Below the pieces are notes generated by a model that was not told where the DNA came from, did not search any database, and saw only the letters and a list, made by a program, of their open reading frames with translations. From Octopus vulgaris (taxonomy: Eukaryota): 64,000 nucleotides of DNA. The stretch spans positions 24,428,001-24,492,000 of the forward strand of contig OX597820.1 in assembly GCA_951406725.2 (NCBI GenBank). Direction: 5' to 3'. The position numbers were made by a program, and so were the translations under genes. Shown here piece by piece: positions 27,332 through 39,753 of this stretch (position 1 is its first letter; each line of letters begins with the position of its first letter).

Positions 27332-27336
<5 letters not shown>
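27151..27336 (+). mobile_element. RTE-clade LINE 3' end
   Basis: EQPYPCHHCDRICRSLIGLISHERAC matches the RTE C-terminal CxxC...CxSRIGLxSHxRxC finger; terminal hairpin cttcg-tcaa-cgaag; followed by (TA)n. Confidence 0.75.
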
Positions 27337-27396
<60 letters not shown>

Positions 27397-27410
27397 GTAT
27401 ATACATATAT

Positions 27411-27459
27411 CTCTTCTCTTCTCCCGTCTGTCTTGATAGACAATGGGTCGCGCCAAGGA
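27411..27459 (-). mobile_element. 3' UTR-only stub of the RTE family at 48599-48768
   Basis: cccgtctgtcttgatagacaatgggtcgcgccaagg nearly identical to 48604-48639; (TA)n on both sides. Confidence 0.8.
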
Positions 27460-27473
27460 TATATATATATATA

Positions 27474-27695
27474 CTCTTTACTATTTTACTCTTTTACTTG
27501 TTTCAGTCATTTGACTGTGGCCATGCTGGAGACCCGCCTTTAGTCGAGCAAATCGACCCCAGGACTTATTCTTTGTAAGCCTAGTACTTATTCTATCGGT
27601 CTCTATTGCCGAACCGCAAAGTTACGGGGACGTAAACACACCAACATCGGTTGTCAAGCGATGTTGGGGGGACAAACACAGACGAACAAACATAT

Positions 27696-27726
<31 letters not shown>

Positions 27727-27888
27727 AATATATACATATATACGACGGGCTTCTTTCAGTTTCCGTCGTATATATGTATATAACCAAATCCACTCACAAG
27801 GCTTTGTTCGGCCCGAGGCTATAGCAGAAGACACTTGCCCAAGGTGCCACGCAGTGGGACTGAACCCGGAACCATGTGGTTCGGAAGC
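27474..27888 (-). mobile_element. SINE family A, near full length
   Basis: Reverse complement of the 53424-53837 copy, head truncated. Confidence 0.9.
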
Positions 27889-27969
27889 ATGATATATATA
27901 TATATATATATATATACAAGATACGAAGGAGTACCCAAAAGTAATCGGAAACGTTACACACACACACAC

Positions 27970-28188
27970 TAAATTCTAAATTACATTAAAGGGTACACGA
28001 AACACCAGCTTGCTATAACGTGGAAGTAGAAATCTTCCAAGTTAACCAGCAATCTCATTGAAAATTTGCCCGATTTCTTTTGGGCCGTTACATATTTTCA
28101 GTAAGACTGGTGGTTAAGCTGGGAGTTTTTAATTCCACGTTATAGCAAGCTGGTGCTTCGTCTATCCTTTAATATAATTTAGAATTTA
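27970..28188. repeat. Imperfect fold-back (~95-bp arms), MITE- or PLE-derived
   Basis: taaattctaaattacattaaagggtacacgaaacaccagcttgctataacgtggaa / ttccacgttatagcaagctggtgcttcgtctatcctttaatataatttagaattta. Confidence 0.85.
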
Positions 28189-28325
28189 ATGTATACCCGC
28201 TTAATGCTAATATCGCTTGTTACCACTAATGTTATTGTTATTGCTATTATCAATTATTTAGATTTGCCTCTGATAATAATAATAATGATATCTTTACGAG
28301 TATTCATTTTGAATATTTTCTCATT

Positions 28326-28364
<39 letters not shown>

Positions 28365-28397
28365 TTATATATATGTGTATTTATATATACATATATT

Positions 28398-28449
<52 letters not shown>

Positions 28450-29359
28450 CGTGTGTCTTTGTGTTTGTGTTTGTTCCCCCCTACCAGCGCTTGACAACCG
28501 GTGCTGGTGTGTTTATGTCGCTGTAACTTAGTAGTTCGGCAAACGATACAGATAGAATAATTACCAGGCTTAAAAATGGAATATGTACTGGTATCAGTTC
28601 ATTCGGGTAAAAAGTTCCTCAATTCGGTGCCCCAGCCTGGCCGCTTCTAATGACTGAAACAGAAGATAAAAGATAAATTATACCATTATACCACCCTCAC
28701 TCAAAGAACTTCTCCCAAGCCTCACATTACTCGGTCAATATCTCACATTTTTCACTCGTTCTTTCATGTGGACACTCCATATATCCTTTGTAGTACTCAC
28801 ATACACAACTCAATAACCCGGATGTTTTTCGCCTTTGTTATGTCTGACTACATTATAAACAGCTGGCTTTGATTTGTTATTGTAATATGATACGTTCTAG
28901 TCATTAACACCATTAAGAAGTCTGAACCATCTCTTTCATTTGTTTACGGTTTTGTGATGTTTTTGTGCGTCTTCTTCTGGAAATTTATATCGGCGCATCT
29001 TGGAGTTGATTGATGACAATGCTTTAGTATTTTAGTGGACTGGTAAAAATGTTTGGCTGTTGGGAATATTCTGTACATGTTTAGCATTTATTCACGCCCA
29101 CAATTAGCGCAATAATCACATAACAACAGAGAAGACAGACACAACAAAATAATTTGAAGAATTAAAGAAAGAATTTAAATCGAAAGAAATGGGTGATATG
29201 AACACATAATATGAACATAACACGAGCACTGACATCGGGAAAGGGAGATCGTAAAACGATTAAATAAGCCGGGTGGCTACAAAAAGGTTTCAAAACTGAC
29301 TGCTGGAAGATGAAACTCATGCCTGACAATCGCGTTTCAAGATCAGTGTCTAAAAACTA

Positions 29360-30018
29360 AATATTGGTTTTAAATTGTGACAAAGGGCCAGTAGGTTTGG
29401 GAAGAAGGATAAGTCTACAAGGCTGACCCAGTGTTCGACTGGTACTTATTTTATCGACCCCGAATTATGAAAGGCAAAGTCAATCCCGGCGCTGGGATCA
29501 ATGTAATCGACCTAACCACTTCCCAAAAATTACTGGCTTTGAGCCAAAATTTGAAACCAATATTAATCGAGATAAGGTGGCTAACTGGCGTAATCGTTAG
29601 CAGTCTGGGGAAAATGCAAAAGGACATTTCTCCCAGATTGCTGACGATTACGCCAGCTAACCGCCTTACCTGGTTAAATATTGGTTTCAAATTTTGGCTC
29701 AAAAAGGACGGAAGACAGATTCGGCAGAATTTTAAGATTAAAATTCTGCCGAAGTCGACTTTGTCTTCCATCCTTTAGGGTCCATAAAATAAGTACCAGT
29801 CGAACACTAGGGTTATTGTAATCGACTTAACCCTTTCCAGAAATTGCTGGCCTTGTGCCAATATTTGAAATCAATATTAAACCAGGTAAGGCGGTAAGCT
29901 GGCAGAATCGTTAGGACAAAACGCTCGGCAGCATTTCGTCCGTCTTTGCGTTCTGAGTTGAAATTCTATCGTGGGCGACTTTGCCTTTTAACCTTTCGGC
30001 ATCAATAAAATAAATACC
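29360..30018. mobile_element. Rearranged cluster of SINE family B pieces in both orientations
   Basis: Multiple head and central-domain fragments; inverted duplications at 29538-29703 and 29720-29753. Confidence 0.75.
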
Positions 30019-30613
30019 TATTTCTTTATTACCTACAAGGGGCTAAACACAGAGAGGACAAACAAGGACAGACAAACGGATTAAGTCGATTACATCGACC
30101 CAGTTCGTAACTGGTACTTAATTTATCGACTTCGAAAGGATGAAAGGCAAAGTCGACCTCGGCGGAATTTGAGCTCAGAACGTAACGACAGACAATATAC
30201 CTATTTCTTACTACCCACAAGGGGCTAAACACAGAAGGGACAAACAAGAACAGGCAAACGGATTAAGTCGATTAAATCCACCCCAGTGCGTAACTGGTAC
30301 TTAATTTATCGACCCCGAAAGGATGAAAAACAAAGTGGACCTCGGCGGAATTTGAACTCAGAACGTAGCGGCAGACGAAATACCTATTTCTTTATTACCC
30401 ACAAGGGGCTAAACACAGAGGGGACAAACAAGGACAGCCATAGGTATTAAGTCGATTACATCGACCCCAGTGCGTAACTGGTACTTATTTGATCGACCCC
30501 GAAAGGATGAAAAGCAAAGTGGACCTCGGCGGAATTTGAACTCAGAACGTAGAAGCAGGCGAAATACCGCTAAGCATTTCGCCCGGCGTGCTAACGCTTC
30601 TGCCAGCTCGCCG
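30019..30613 (-). mobile_element. SINE family B trimer (one head + three ~180-bp body units) with 17-bp TSD
   Basis: tcaataaaataaatacc at 30002-30018 and 30614-30630; three tandem units. Confidence 0.92.
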
Positions 30614-31093
30614 TCAATAAAATAAATACCACTTAAGCACTGGAGTCGATGTAATCAACTTACCTCTTCTACGAAATTGCTCGCCTACAACTTAAATTTA
30701 AAAATAATATTTAAACCAATGAGAAAATCTCTCATTTATAATAAGAGGATTTTCTTCTACGTTTCTTTCTCTCGTTTTGTATTTTCCCTTCGGTTTCTCT
30801 GCAACTCATCAGCTAACACCATTTGTAAATTTGATAATGATGTGCTTACTAATTATACTTTTCTAATTGGTTTCTGCCACTTATAGAATCAGACAAAAGC
30901 AGATAAACTCACCTCTCTCTTCCCGGTCACTTCTAAAAACAAGTTCCACGACATAAAAGTGCAATAACTAAATCCTAATGTGGGGGGGGGGGGCGGAAAC
31001 TAATAACAATCGTTTACAAATTTACTAAGCGTCGAAAATACGTGACGCGCTGCTGAGCAAAAATTTTATAATAATAGTATTGAAAATATTGAA

Positions 31094-31494
31094 GGTGGTG
31101 GTGGTGGTGATGATGATGATGATGATGATGATGGGAGGGGCTTGTGGTGGTGGTGGTGGGGGATGAGAATAATTATGGTGATGATGATAGGGATGGTGAT
31201 GACGATGATAGTGATGATGATAATGATGGTGGTAGTGGTGGTGATGATGATGATAAAGAAGATATGGAGGATTAGGAGGAAGAGGAGAAATTAGAAGAAG
31301 AAGAAGAAGAAGAAGAAGAAGAAGAAGAAGAAGAAGAAGAAGAAGAAGAAGAAGAAGAAGAAGAAGAAGAAGAAGAAGAAGAAGAAGAAGAAGAAGAAGA
31401 AGAAGAAGAAGAAGAAGAAGAAGAAGAAGAAGAAGAAGAAGAAGAAGAAGAAGAAGAAGAAGAAGAAGAAGAAGAAGAAGAAGAAGAAGAAGAA
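31094..31494. repeat. (GGT/GAT)n low-complexity tract followed by pure (GAA)~67
   Basis: Uninterrupted GAA from about 31293 to 31494. Confidence 0.95.
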
Positions 31495-31641
31495 ACTGCC
31501 ATCGGTTTTATGTTTCTCCTGCTACGAATTTTATGCTTATTCGGTTACTAACCGACATCTTGGTCAAACTTGCCATTCCTGACAGTAAAAATACATTTAT
31601 AGTCGCAAAAGGATAAATGAATAAATAAATAAATGAATGAA

Positions 31642-31676
<35 letters not shown>

Positions 31677-32774
31677 ATGAGCAAAACATCCCTTATTACC
31701 ATACAGAATGATAAGCGGGAGAGGTCAGCCTTTGAATGTTGTTACAACTGCCGAGAGATGCTTGTCTACAGAATTCGTCCGTAATTCCATTAATTTTATC
31801 TTTCTATCAGAACAGTTGTAACGAATCGTTTGGCAGCTCAGTCGGAAATAATCAAACAGTGTAGGTGATAACAAGTGTGTCTATAGAATGAGGCCTTCTC
31901 CGACTGACGGCTGCCCGTGTCGTAATAACACGTAGAAAAAGGTATGAACGTCATTAAATCTATTTTCTCGTCATTTTTGTACCCGTGCCGTAGCTAGAGT
32001 GTGTGATGCTCGTATCACACCTTGAGCTTGCACTTCCCTCTCCGCTGCTTCCTACACGGGCTTATACAGCAGAGCCAGAAGTGCCGCCCAGATAAAAGTG
32101 TCACTTTCCCTCTAGCCACGCGACTGTGTTGAAAATCAATAGCGTCCGAGAGCTAAGCGGGTCGTAATGCGATCGTTTGATTTGCTTGATATACCGTTCA
32201 AATCACCCTCAAAGGATATTCTGTCAGAAGGTGATTCTTGATGCATTTTATTTAGGGGAGGAAAAAAGAGAATAGTGTATTGATAGAAAGCCTTTAACCT
32301 TTAGTCTGCACAAACAGGGCTGACTTGGGTTAATGGGCAACAAATATGAACGAGAACAAGATTAATTCCACAACATATCTTATTAGCTACTCTTTCTTTA
32401 ATGAAGCACGACGTGTCATGCAGTCGACGCTTATCTTAAAATTATGTCATGATAGGTAGATGAAATTTAAACATCCTTATGGATATTTAAATAGATACGG
32501 AACTTTTGAGGTTTGTTTTTTAATCGCAACATAAACATGGCATCTAAAAAGAGGAAAAACACGGATTTGATGAATACTAAAATTAAGTGGATCAGATACC
32601 AAATTTACTTTGCATTTTCATCGTAGCAAATTCCAACTAAATCCTGGGCAGGCGTTAAGTGTTGTTCAGCAACATGTTAGAAAAGGCCTTCGGTTTATTC
32701 ATTAAGCAATGTCTGCGCCTTCTGCTCTATAACAGGGCCCTTCATTTCGCGTTACTCCAGTCCTTTCAGGTGCA

Positions 32775-33392
32775 AATTGTTTCAAATTTTTGGCGGAAGG
32801 CCAGCAATTTTTGAGGGGTGGAGTAAGTCGTTTATATGGACCGCAGTATTTGACTGGTATTTTATTTCATCGACACTGAAATGATGACAGGAAAAGTTAA
32901 TCTCAACATGATTTGGACTCATAAAGTAAAGAGCCAGGAGAAATATCACTAAGTACTTTGTTCGACGTTCAAACGATTCTTATTCTTTTATTGCCCACAA
33001 GGGGCTAAACATAGAAGGACAAACAAGGACAGACAAAGGTATTCAGTCTATTACTTCGACCCCAGTGCGTAACTGATACTTATTTAATCGATTCGAAAGG
33101 ATGAAAGGCAAAGTCGACCTCGGCGGAATTTGAACTCAGAAGGTAACGGCAGACGATATACCTATTTCTTTACTACCCACAAGGGGCTAAACACAGAGAG
33201 GAAAAACAAGGACAGACAAACGGATTAAGTCGATTATATCGACCCCAGTTCGTAACTGGTACTTAATTTATCGACCCCGAAAGGTTGAAAGACAAAGTCG
33301 ACCTCAGCGGAATTTGAACTCAGAACGTAACGGCAGACGAAATACCGCTAAGCATTTCGGCCGGCGTGCTAACATTTCTGCTAGTTCACCAC
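32775..33392 (-). mobile_element. SINE family B: old copy joined to a dimer (head + two body units)
   Basis: Units at ~32981-33160 and ~33161-33343, head to 33392; diverged copy 32775-32980. Confidence 0.85.
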
Positions 33393-33874
33393 CTTTTCAC
33401 GCATAAATGAATACCAATCGGCTGCCTTTGCAGCACTCTTTTTACCGCCGCTATACTTATTCTGGACGTGCCGCTACGTTAAACTGAGAGAGTGTCTATG
33501 TTTGTGTCTCTAATTGTGAAGCCACGTAAAACAATTAGCAAAGACTCGGTACGTGTTAGCAATGACTTAGATAGTATGAAGAACGAGGGTGCAATCCACT
33601 TTGGGTGTCACTTTTACGTGGCGGCAATTTTGAGTCTGCTACATAAATTTATATAGGTTGTAATGGTTCGGACGTCAGGGCTGCAGCAAGCACAAGGACT
33701 CTCCCGGGTAGAAGACACTCTAGCTACGTCACAGACTGTTAGCAAGTCATATGTACTTGGGAGTCATGACTGGCTGTACAAAGACGGCTAAGGCGAGCTA
33801 ACGAGGGATGGAGTTTCTTTGCTGCCAGTAGTTCTGCTAGAAACAACAGCCAAAATATCCTTCTTATCCCTTTG

Positions 33875-34073
33875 CAATCATTTGACTGTGTCCATGGTGG
33901 AGCATCGCCTTTAGTCGAGCAAATCGACCCCAGGACTTATCTTTAGTAAGCCTAATACTTATTATATCGGTATCTTTTGCCGAACCGCTAAGTTACGGAG
34001 ACGTAAACACACCAGTATCGGTTGTCAAGCGATGTAGGAGGAGGGGTGCAAACACAGATACACAAACACACAC

Positions 34074-34140
<67 letters not shown>

Positions 34141-34298
34141 CGACGAGCTTCTTTCAGTTTCCGTCTGCCATATACACTCACGAGGCTTTGGTCGGCCCGA
34201 GGCTATAGTAGAAGACACTCGCCCAAGGTGCCACGCAGTGGGACTGAACCCGGAACCATGTGGTTCGTAAATAAGCTACTTACCACACAGCCACTCCT
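33875..34298 (-). mobile_element. SINE family A, near full length
   Basis: Reverse complement of the 53424 copy including internal (TA)/(CA) tract. Confidence 0.9.
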
Positions 34299-34731
34299 AC
34301 TTGTAGTCACAAATACAATGCATCTGATAAAAAAAAAGAAGAAAAAATGCAAGAAGTAAATAACAATTCGCGTTAGCTGTGAATAAAATGTCTTTGATCG
34401 TAGATGTACTTGATCAAAGTCAAACAGTAGCTATAAATAAGTTTACCAGTCAGCTGTGTAACATCTACGTAATCATTTAATGTGCTATTTGTAAAGACAA
34501 AATCTTCTGTGGGCGCTTGAACAAACTTCTTAATGTTTCTCCATTTAAAATTAGGGCCCATATTTTGTTTGGATTCCTTCCTCGGGATTTACAGAGAATA
34601 AGGTCCGTATATCTTTGCTCGGTATGATTTTGAACTCAGATCGTAACGGTACGTAACCATATATATATTGCAAAGCATCCGCCAGTTCAGGAAGCCACGA
34701 TCCCATTGTCGTTTTCACACACAGCCACACA

Positions 34732-34825
<94 letters not shown>

Positions 34826-35220
34826 TGCGCGCGCGCAAACAGTTGATTGAGATTCGGATAAAAATCCTTTTTTGATATAATATAATGCACCACGTCTCAC
34901 CTGTGTGCTACAGGTGTAAAAGTGTTCCGAAACTATAGTAGAGACTTGTAATTAAAGAATACCATTAATTCCATTTTCTTTCATTTATCTATATACATAT
35001 ACATACATATATACATACATACACACACAGAGACACACACACATACAGACTGAGGAGGAGGGGAGAGAGAGAGAGTTAGAGAGAGAGAGAGAGAGAGAGA
35101 GAGGGGGAAAGAAAGACAAAGGGACAGCGAGATGTTGAAGGGTTGAGTATCGGAAAACATAGCATGCAGTATTCCTTTCGACCGTTTACCGTCTGAGCAT
35201 ATATATATATATATATATAT

Positions 35221-35914
35221 TCTTAGAACCTTTAGAACAAGAGATCAAGAAACCATGATGGTCCTCTGGAGGACACTTGTCCTAAGCCACTTTGACTATT
35301 GCTCTCAGCTATGGTCATCATCCAATGTCAAGTTGATCACAGAGCTCCCTGCGATCCAGAGTAGCTACACGAAGAAGATAGCCTCTGTGCAGAATATAAG
35401 CTACTGGGAAAGACTCAAGAGATTAAAACTCTATTCCTTGGAGCGTAGGCGAGAAAGATATGCCATAATATACATCTGGAAAATCCTGGAAGGACTTGTC
35501 CCAAACTTTGGCATCGAGAGTTACACAAATGCCAGAACTGGGCGCCACTGCGTGGTGCCAAGGACTCCAAATTTGCCATCAAGATGTAGGACAAGATACT
35601 GTGATAGCCTGGGCTTCCGAGGCCCACAGCTCTTCAATATCCTCCCGAAGAACCTAAGAGACCTGCATGGGGTGGATGCAGATGTCTTTAAAATGAAACT
35701 GGATCTCTTCTTGTCAGGTATCCCAGATGAACCAACTTCACGGCAGGAGGTGCAGATGAGGGTAGCTGCATCGAACTCTCTCATGCACCAAATGGCAGTT
35801 GCTAAAAAACATTCGTGAAGTAAAACCATGTAGCAACACCAAATGGCGGTGCCCCAGCATGGCCACAGCTCGTGAGCTGAAACTAGAATCAATCAATCAA
35901 TCAATCAATCAATC
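35221..35914 (+). mobile_element. 5'-truncated CR1/L2-group LINE (ORF2 C-terminus, 3' UTR, (AATC)n tail)
   Basis: Open frame with SHFDYCSQLW, YWERLKRLKLYSLERRRERY, GPQLFN and FKMKLDLFL motifs typical of post-RT CR1-group ORF2; stop at 35818; tetranucleotide tail. Confidence 0.9.
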
Positions 35915-36595
35915 ATATATATAATTAATCTCCTAATTTTACGTTTTATATATCGAAAGCAATGTTTACTACGTAAGGATTTGAACTCAGATGTATATAT
36001 ATATATATCCGTTTGCTTAGTAAACAAAAGAAAAATACTCAATATCACAGAAGACTAAGAATTTATTTCTTCTGATCCACTTGAATACCGAAGATTTTCC
36101 GTTTTAAAGAAGGAAATCGATTAGGTCAATGATATTTTATCGACTCCAGAAGGACGAAATGCAATGGTCGACCTCGGCGTAATTCAAACTCAGTAAGTAA
36201 AAAGACGGCGCTGTGTAACTGACCATTTAATCCGACACTCCAACCTTTCCGTCAGTCCATCGCCTATATTTACAGATCTTATAATAATATCAGTTACAGA
36301 TGGGATTATTGTATATTCCAATAATATTGGATTGAAATGTCCATAGCTTAAAGAAATATGTTTTGTAGGAATTAGGTCAATTGCGGATGCTTTCATTTCG
36401 ACGAAGCAATATAGATCGCCAATTCCTGTGTTAAATATATTGGCTTTGTGTATTAGTATCGTATCATATGAACGGGGTAATTGATAGCATGTGATAAGAA
36501 GCAAATTTTGAGGATAAAATTTGCTAAACAATTCCAGATATACATAAAAATATCCCATAATTACCATCATATAGATATGTATGTGTGTGTGTGTG

Positions 36596-36659
<64 letters not shown>

Positions 36660-36792
36660 TATACCTGGTAGCTTACTGGTAAGGTACGGTCACTTTCACA
36701 CTTTTTTTTATGTATATGGTTTACGAGAGACGGAAGATGGAAGATACGACAATTTTTATTAATCACTATATAATACGCACACACACACATAC

Positions 36793-36853
<61 letters not shown>

Positions 36854-37078
36854 CAGAGAGAGACAGAGAGAGACAATACTATATAATATATATGATATTT
36901 CACACATACACACACTCACACACACATATATATAAGAGAGACAGAAAGAGAGAGAGAGAGAGAGTCATTTATATACATATTTGTATGTATATGAGCGTAT
37001 ATGTATACATATAGTCAGCTAAATGCATAGATTTCTACCGGGCAATTATATACATTACAATTATATATATGAGTGTAA

Positions 37079-37655
37079 AGGCGGTGAGATGGCAGAAACG
37101 TTAACAGGCCGGGTGAAATGCTTAGCGGCATATTGTTTGCCGTTATATTCTGAGTTCAAATTCCGCCAAGGTCGACTTTGCCTTTCATCCTTTCGGGCTC
37201 GATAAATTAAGTACCAGTTACGCACTGGGGTCGATGTAATCGACTTAATACCTATGTCTGTCCTTGTTTGTTCCCTCTGTGTTTAGTCCCTTGTCGGTAG
37301 TAAAGAAATAGGTATATCGTTTGCCGTTACGTTCTGAGTTCAAATTCCGCCGAGGTCGACTTTATCTTTCATCCTTTCGGGGTCGATTAAATAAGTACCA
37401 GTTACGCACTGGGGTCGATATAATCGACTTAATCCGTTTGTCTGTCCTTGTTTGTCCCTCTATGTTTAGCCCCTTGTGGGTAGTAAAGAAATAGGTATTT
37501 CGTCCGTCATATGTTCTGAGTTCAAATTCCGCTGGAGTCGACTTTGCCTTTCATCCTTTCGGACTCGATAAATTTAGGATCAGTTGCATACTGGGATCAA
37601 TCTAATCGACTGGCCCTCTCCCCCAAAATTTCAGCCTTGTGCCTAGTGTAGAAAC
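37079..37655 (+). mobile_element. SINE family B trimer
   Basis: Head ggcggtgagatggcagaaacgtt, then three body units; the last has an alternative tail. Confidence 0.9.
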
Positions 37656-38383
37656 GAATGTATATGGATGTATACAATGTATATATATACACGCCTTTCA
37701 ACAGAATGTGTGTTAGTGTATGTAATAGATCAGGATTCAAAGAAGCTAGGCACTGGGTCGGGTCGAAAAATAAAATGTGTACACAACAAAAATGGAGGAA
37801 TGCATACGTGGGTACCAAAAAAACGGACAGTGAGACATTCAGGTTATGTATACCATTAATTGTATCCGACTGATTATATCAATAGCCCTGAGGCTAATCA
37901 AAAGACTCACATTGCACTAAATGTACAGTCCATGATATACTTCGGATCTATGCAAGGAGCAGGTTCCGAGTGTCGTAAATAATAAATAAACGACAGCAGA
38001 TGGACAATATATCTATCCACTACAGCGATTTCCAACGAAATTTTAATCGATTAATTGAGGTATTACATCATTAGAAAAATCTATTTCAATCAAGTGAATA
38101 CATGAATCATAACGTATACATTCTATGAGCGGCAAAGGTCATAGAATCATGAAGGTGCACACGCTGTTGGCTTTTGAATTATTTTGACTGTTGGGAATCC
38201 TGTATTCACCTGATCAAAACGGTTTTTTTTAATGGTGTGATGTCTCCATTAATCAATTAAAAATTCGTTGGAAACGGCCGTAGTGGATTGACACGTTATC
38301 CAGCTGTTGTTATTTATTTATTTATATATATGTATATATTTTCAGGAGTAAACAAAAAGACAGCAAACGGAAAATATGACATA

Positions 38384-38473
<90 letters not shown>

Positions 38474-38672
38474 CAGGTATGTCATATTTTCTGTTTGTTC
38501 TCTTTTATTTAATCCTGAAAATATAATTTATGTAGCGCACACATTCATTAATTTTTGTTAACCACATGTGTATATATATGTATATATATGCATATATGTA
38601 TAGATACATGCATAGACGCACGCATACATACATACATACATACATACATACATACATACATACATACATACA

Positions 38673-38708
<36 letters not shown>

Positions 38709-39099
38709 TATGTATGTGGCATTGCATTTACAAACGATCACAAATACAATGTAATGGAAGATATTCATCTATCCGAGACAAAGCTTCCCAAAGAAAATTT
38801 CAGAATTTGCTATCCTGGACTTCAAATCGACGAGGTCTGATATTTGCTTTTTCGTTTTTGACACTACCGACCTTTCATTATTTTTCTCGCTTAGGCAGCA
38901 GTTTTCTCATCGGTTTCCGCGACGACGTTTCGGATTATATCCCATTCTTCATTTATATATTCTGTATTGACTAGCTATTCTTGAAATATTCTAGATACTT
39001 AAATTTCTTTCTTGGTGAGCATATCCTAGCATCCATTGTGAAGAAAACCTACTTTCAGGAACCCAAACGGAAATGCCAAATACAAGTCAGTGAGAATCA

Positions 39100-39750
39100 G
39101 AAGGACTGGTTGCAAGAATATGCGTGAATAACTTCAGACATAGGCTGATGCTCGAACATAGGAACCTACGAAGCTTCTACTCATAAATCAGAGCCGTATG
39201 GGCCTACGCTTTTTTAAACAGGAACACAGAATACAGCCGATGGGCCACCATTTTCATTGCTGGACAAATTATGGAAGCGTTGTAAAGAATGTTTCAGTTT
39301 AATCTTGAACAGGAATACCACCACGTTTGAAGGCTTTCTTCAAAATGTGTCCCAACATTCTATCATTAGATGGCAGATGGCAGATATCTCACCAGCATAT
39401 TATGAATTTACCAAACATTAAAAAAGGTTTTTAACGTTTATCATTCAAATGTGGGAATATCAAAAATTACCCAATGTTCTAAAATATACCCGCATCATTA
39501 CAATCTTCCAGAAAAAAATATCGCCATATCTGTTGCAACTATCATCGCATATCCCTACATTCTATTGCAGGGAAGATCTTTACGAAAATTCTAGTTAAAC
39601 GCCTCTGAACCATATCCGAGTAGATCCTATCTAAGAGTGGATTTCAACCCTCGATACAACATTATGCATAACGCGGATACAAAAAAAAAGCGCAGCGTGC
39701 AACCAATAACTCTTTTTCCAGTGTTCTACGATGTGGAAAAGATTTTAAGT
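39100..39750 (+). pseudogene. Degenerate RTE-type reverse transcriptase, N-terminal region
   Basis: IITIFQKK...CCNYHRISLHSIAGKIFTKILVKRL corresponds to the LINE RT motif IxxIxKKGD...NYRGISLLSxxGKIxxxILxxRL; stops and frameshifts; start approximate. Confidence 0.75.
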
Positions 39751-39753
39751 ACC

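Noticed and set aside
30019-30613. Regularly spaced repeats resembling a CRISPR array or satellite
   Set aside because: Whole 180-bp units repeat with no unique spacers, they are SINE bodies, and no cas genes are present.
30785-30812. Minus-strand CTGATGAG...GAAAC hammerhead-like match
   Set aside because: No stem II pairing and no stem III/UH site.
37658-37873. VGTKKTDSETFRLCI resembling the start of a Gypsy RT
   Set aside because: Single short motif with no downstream RT motifs recognisable.
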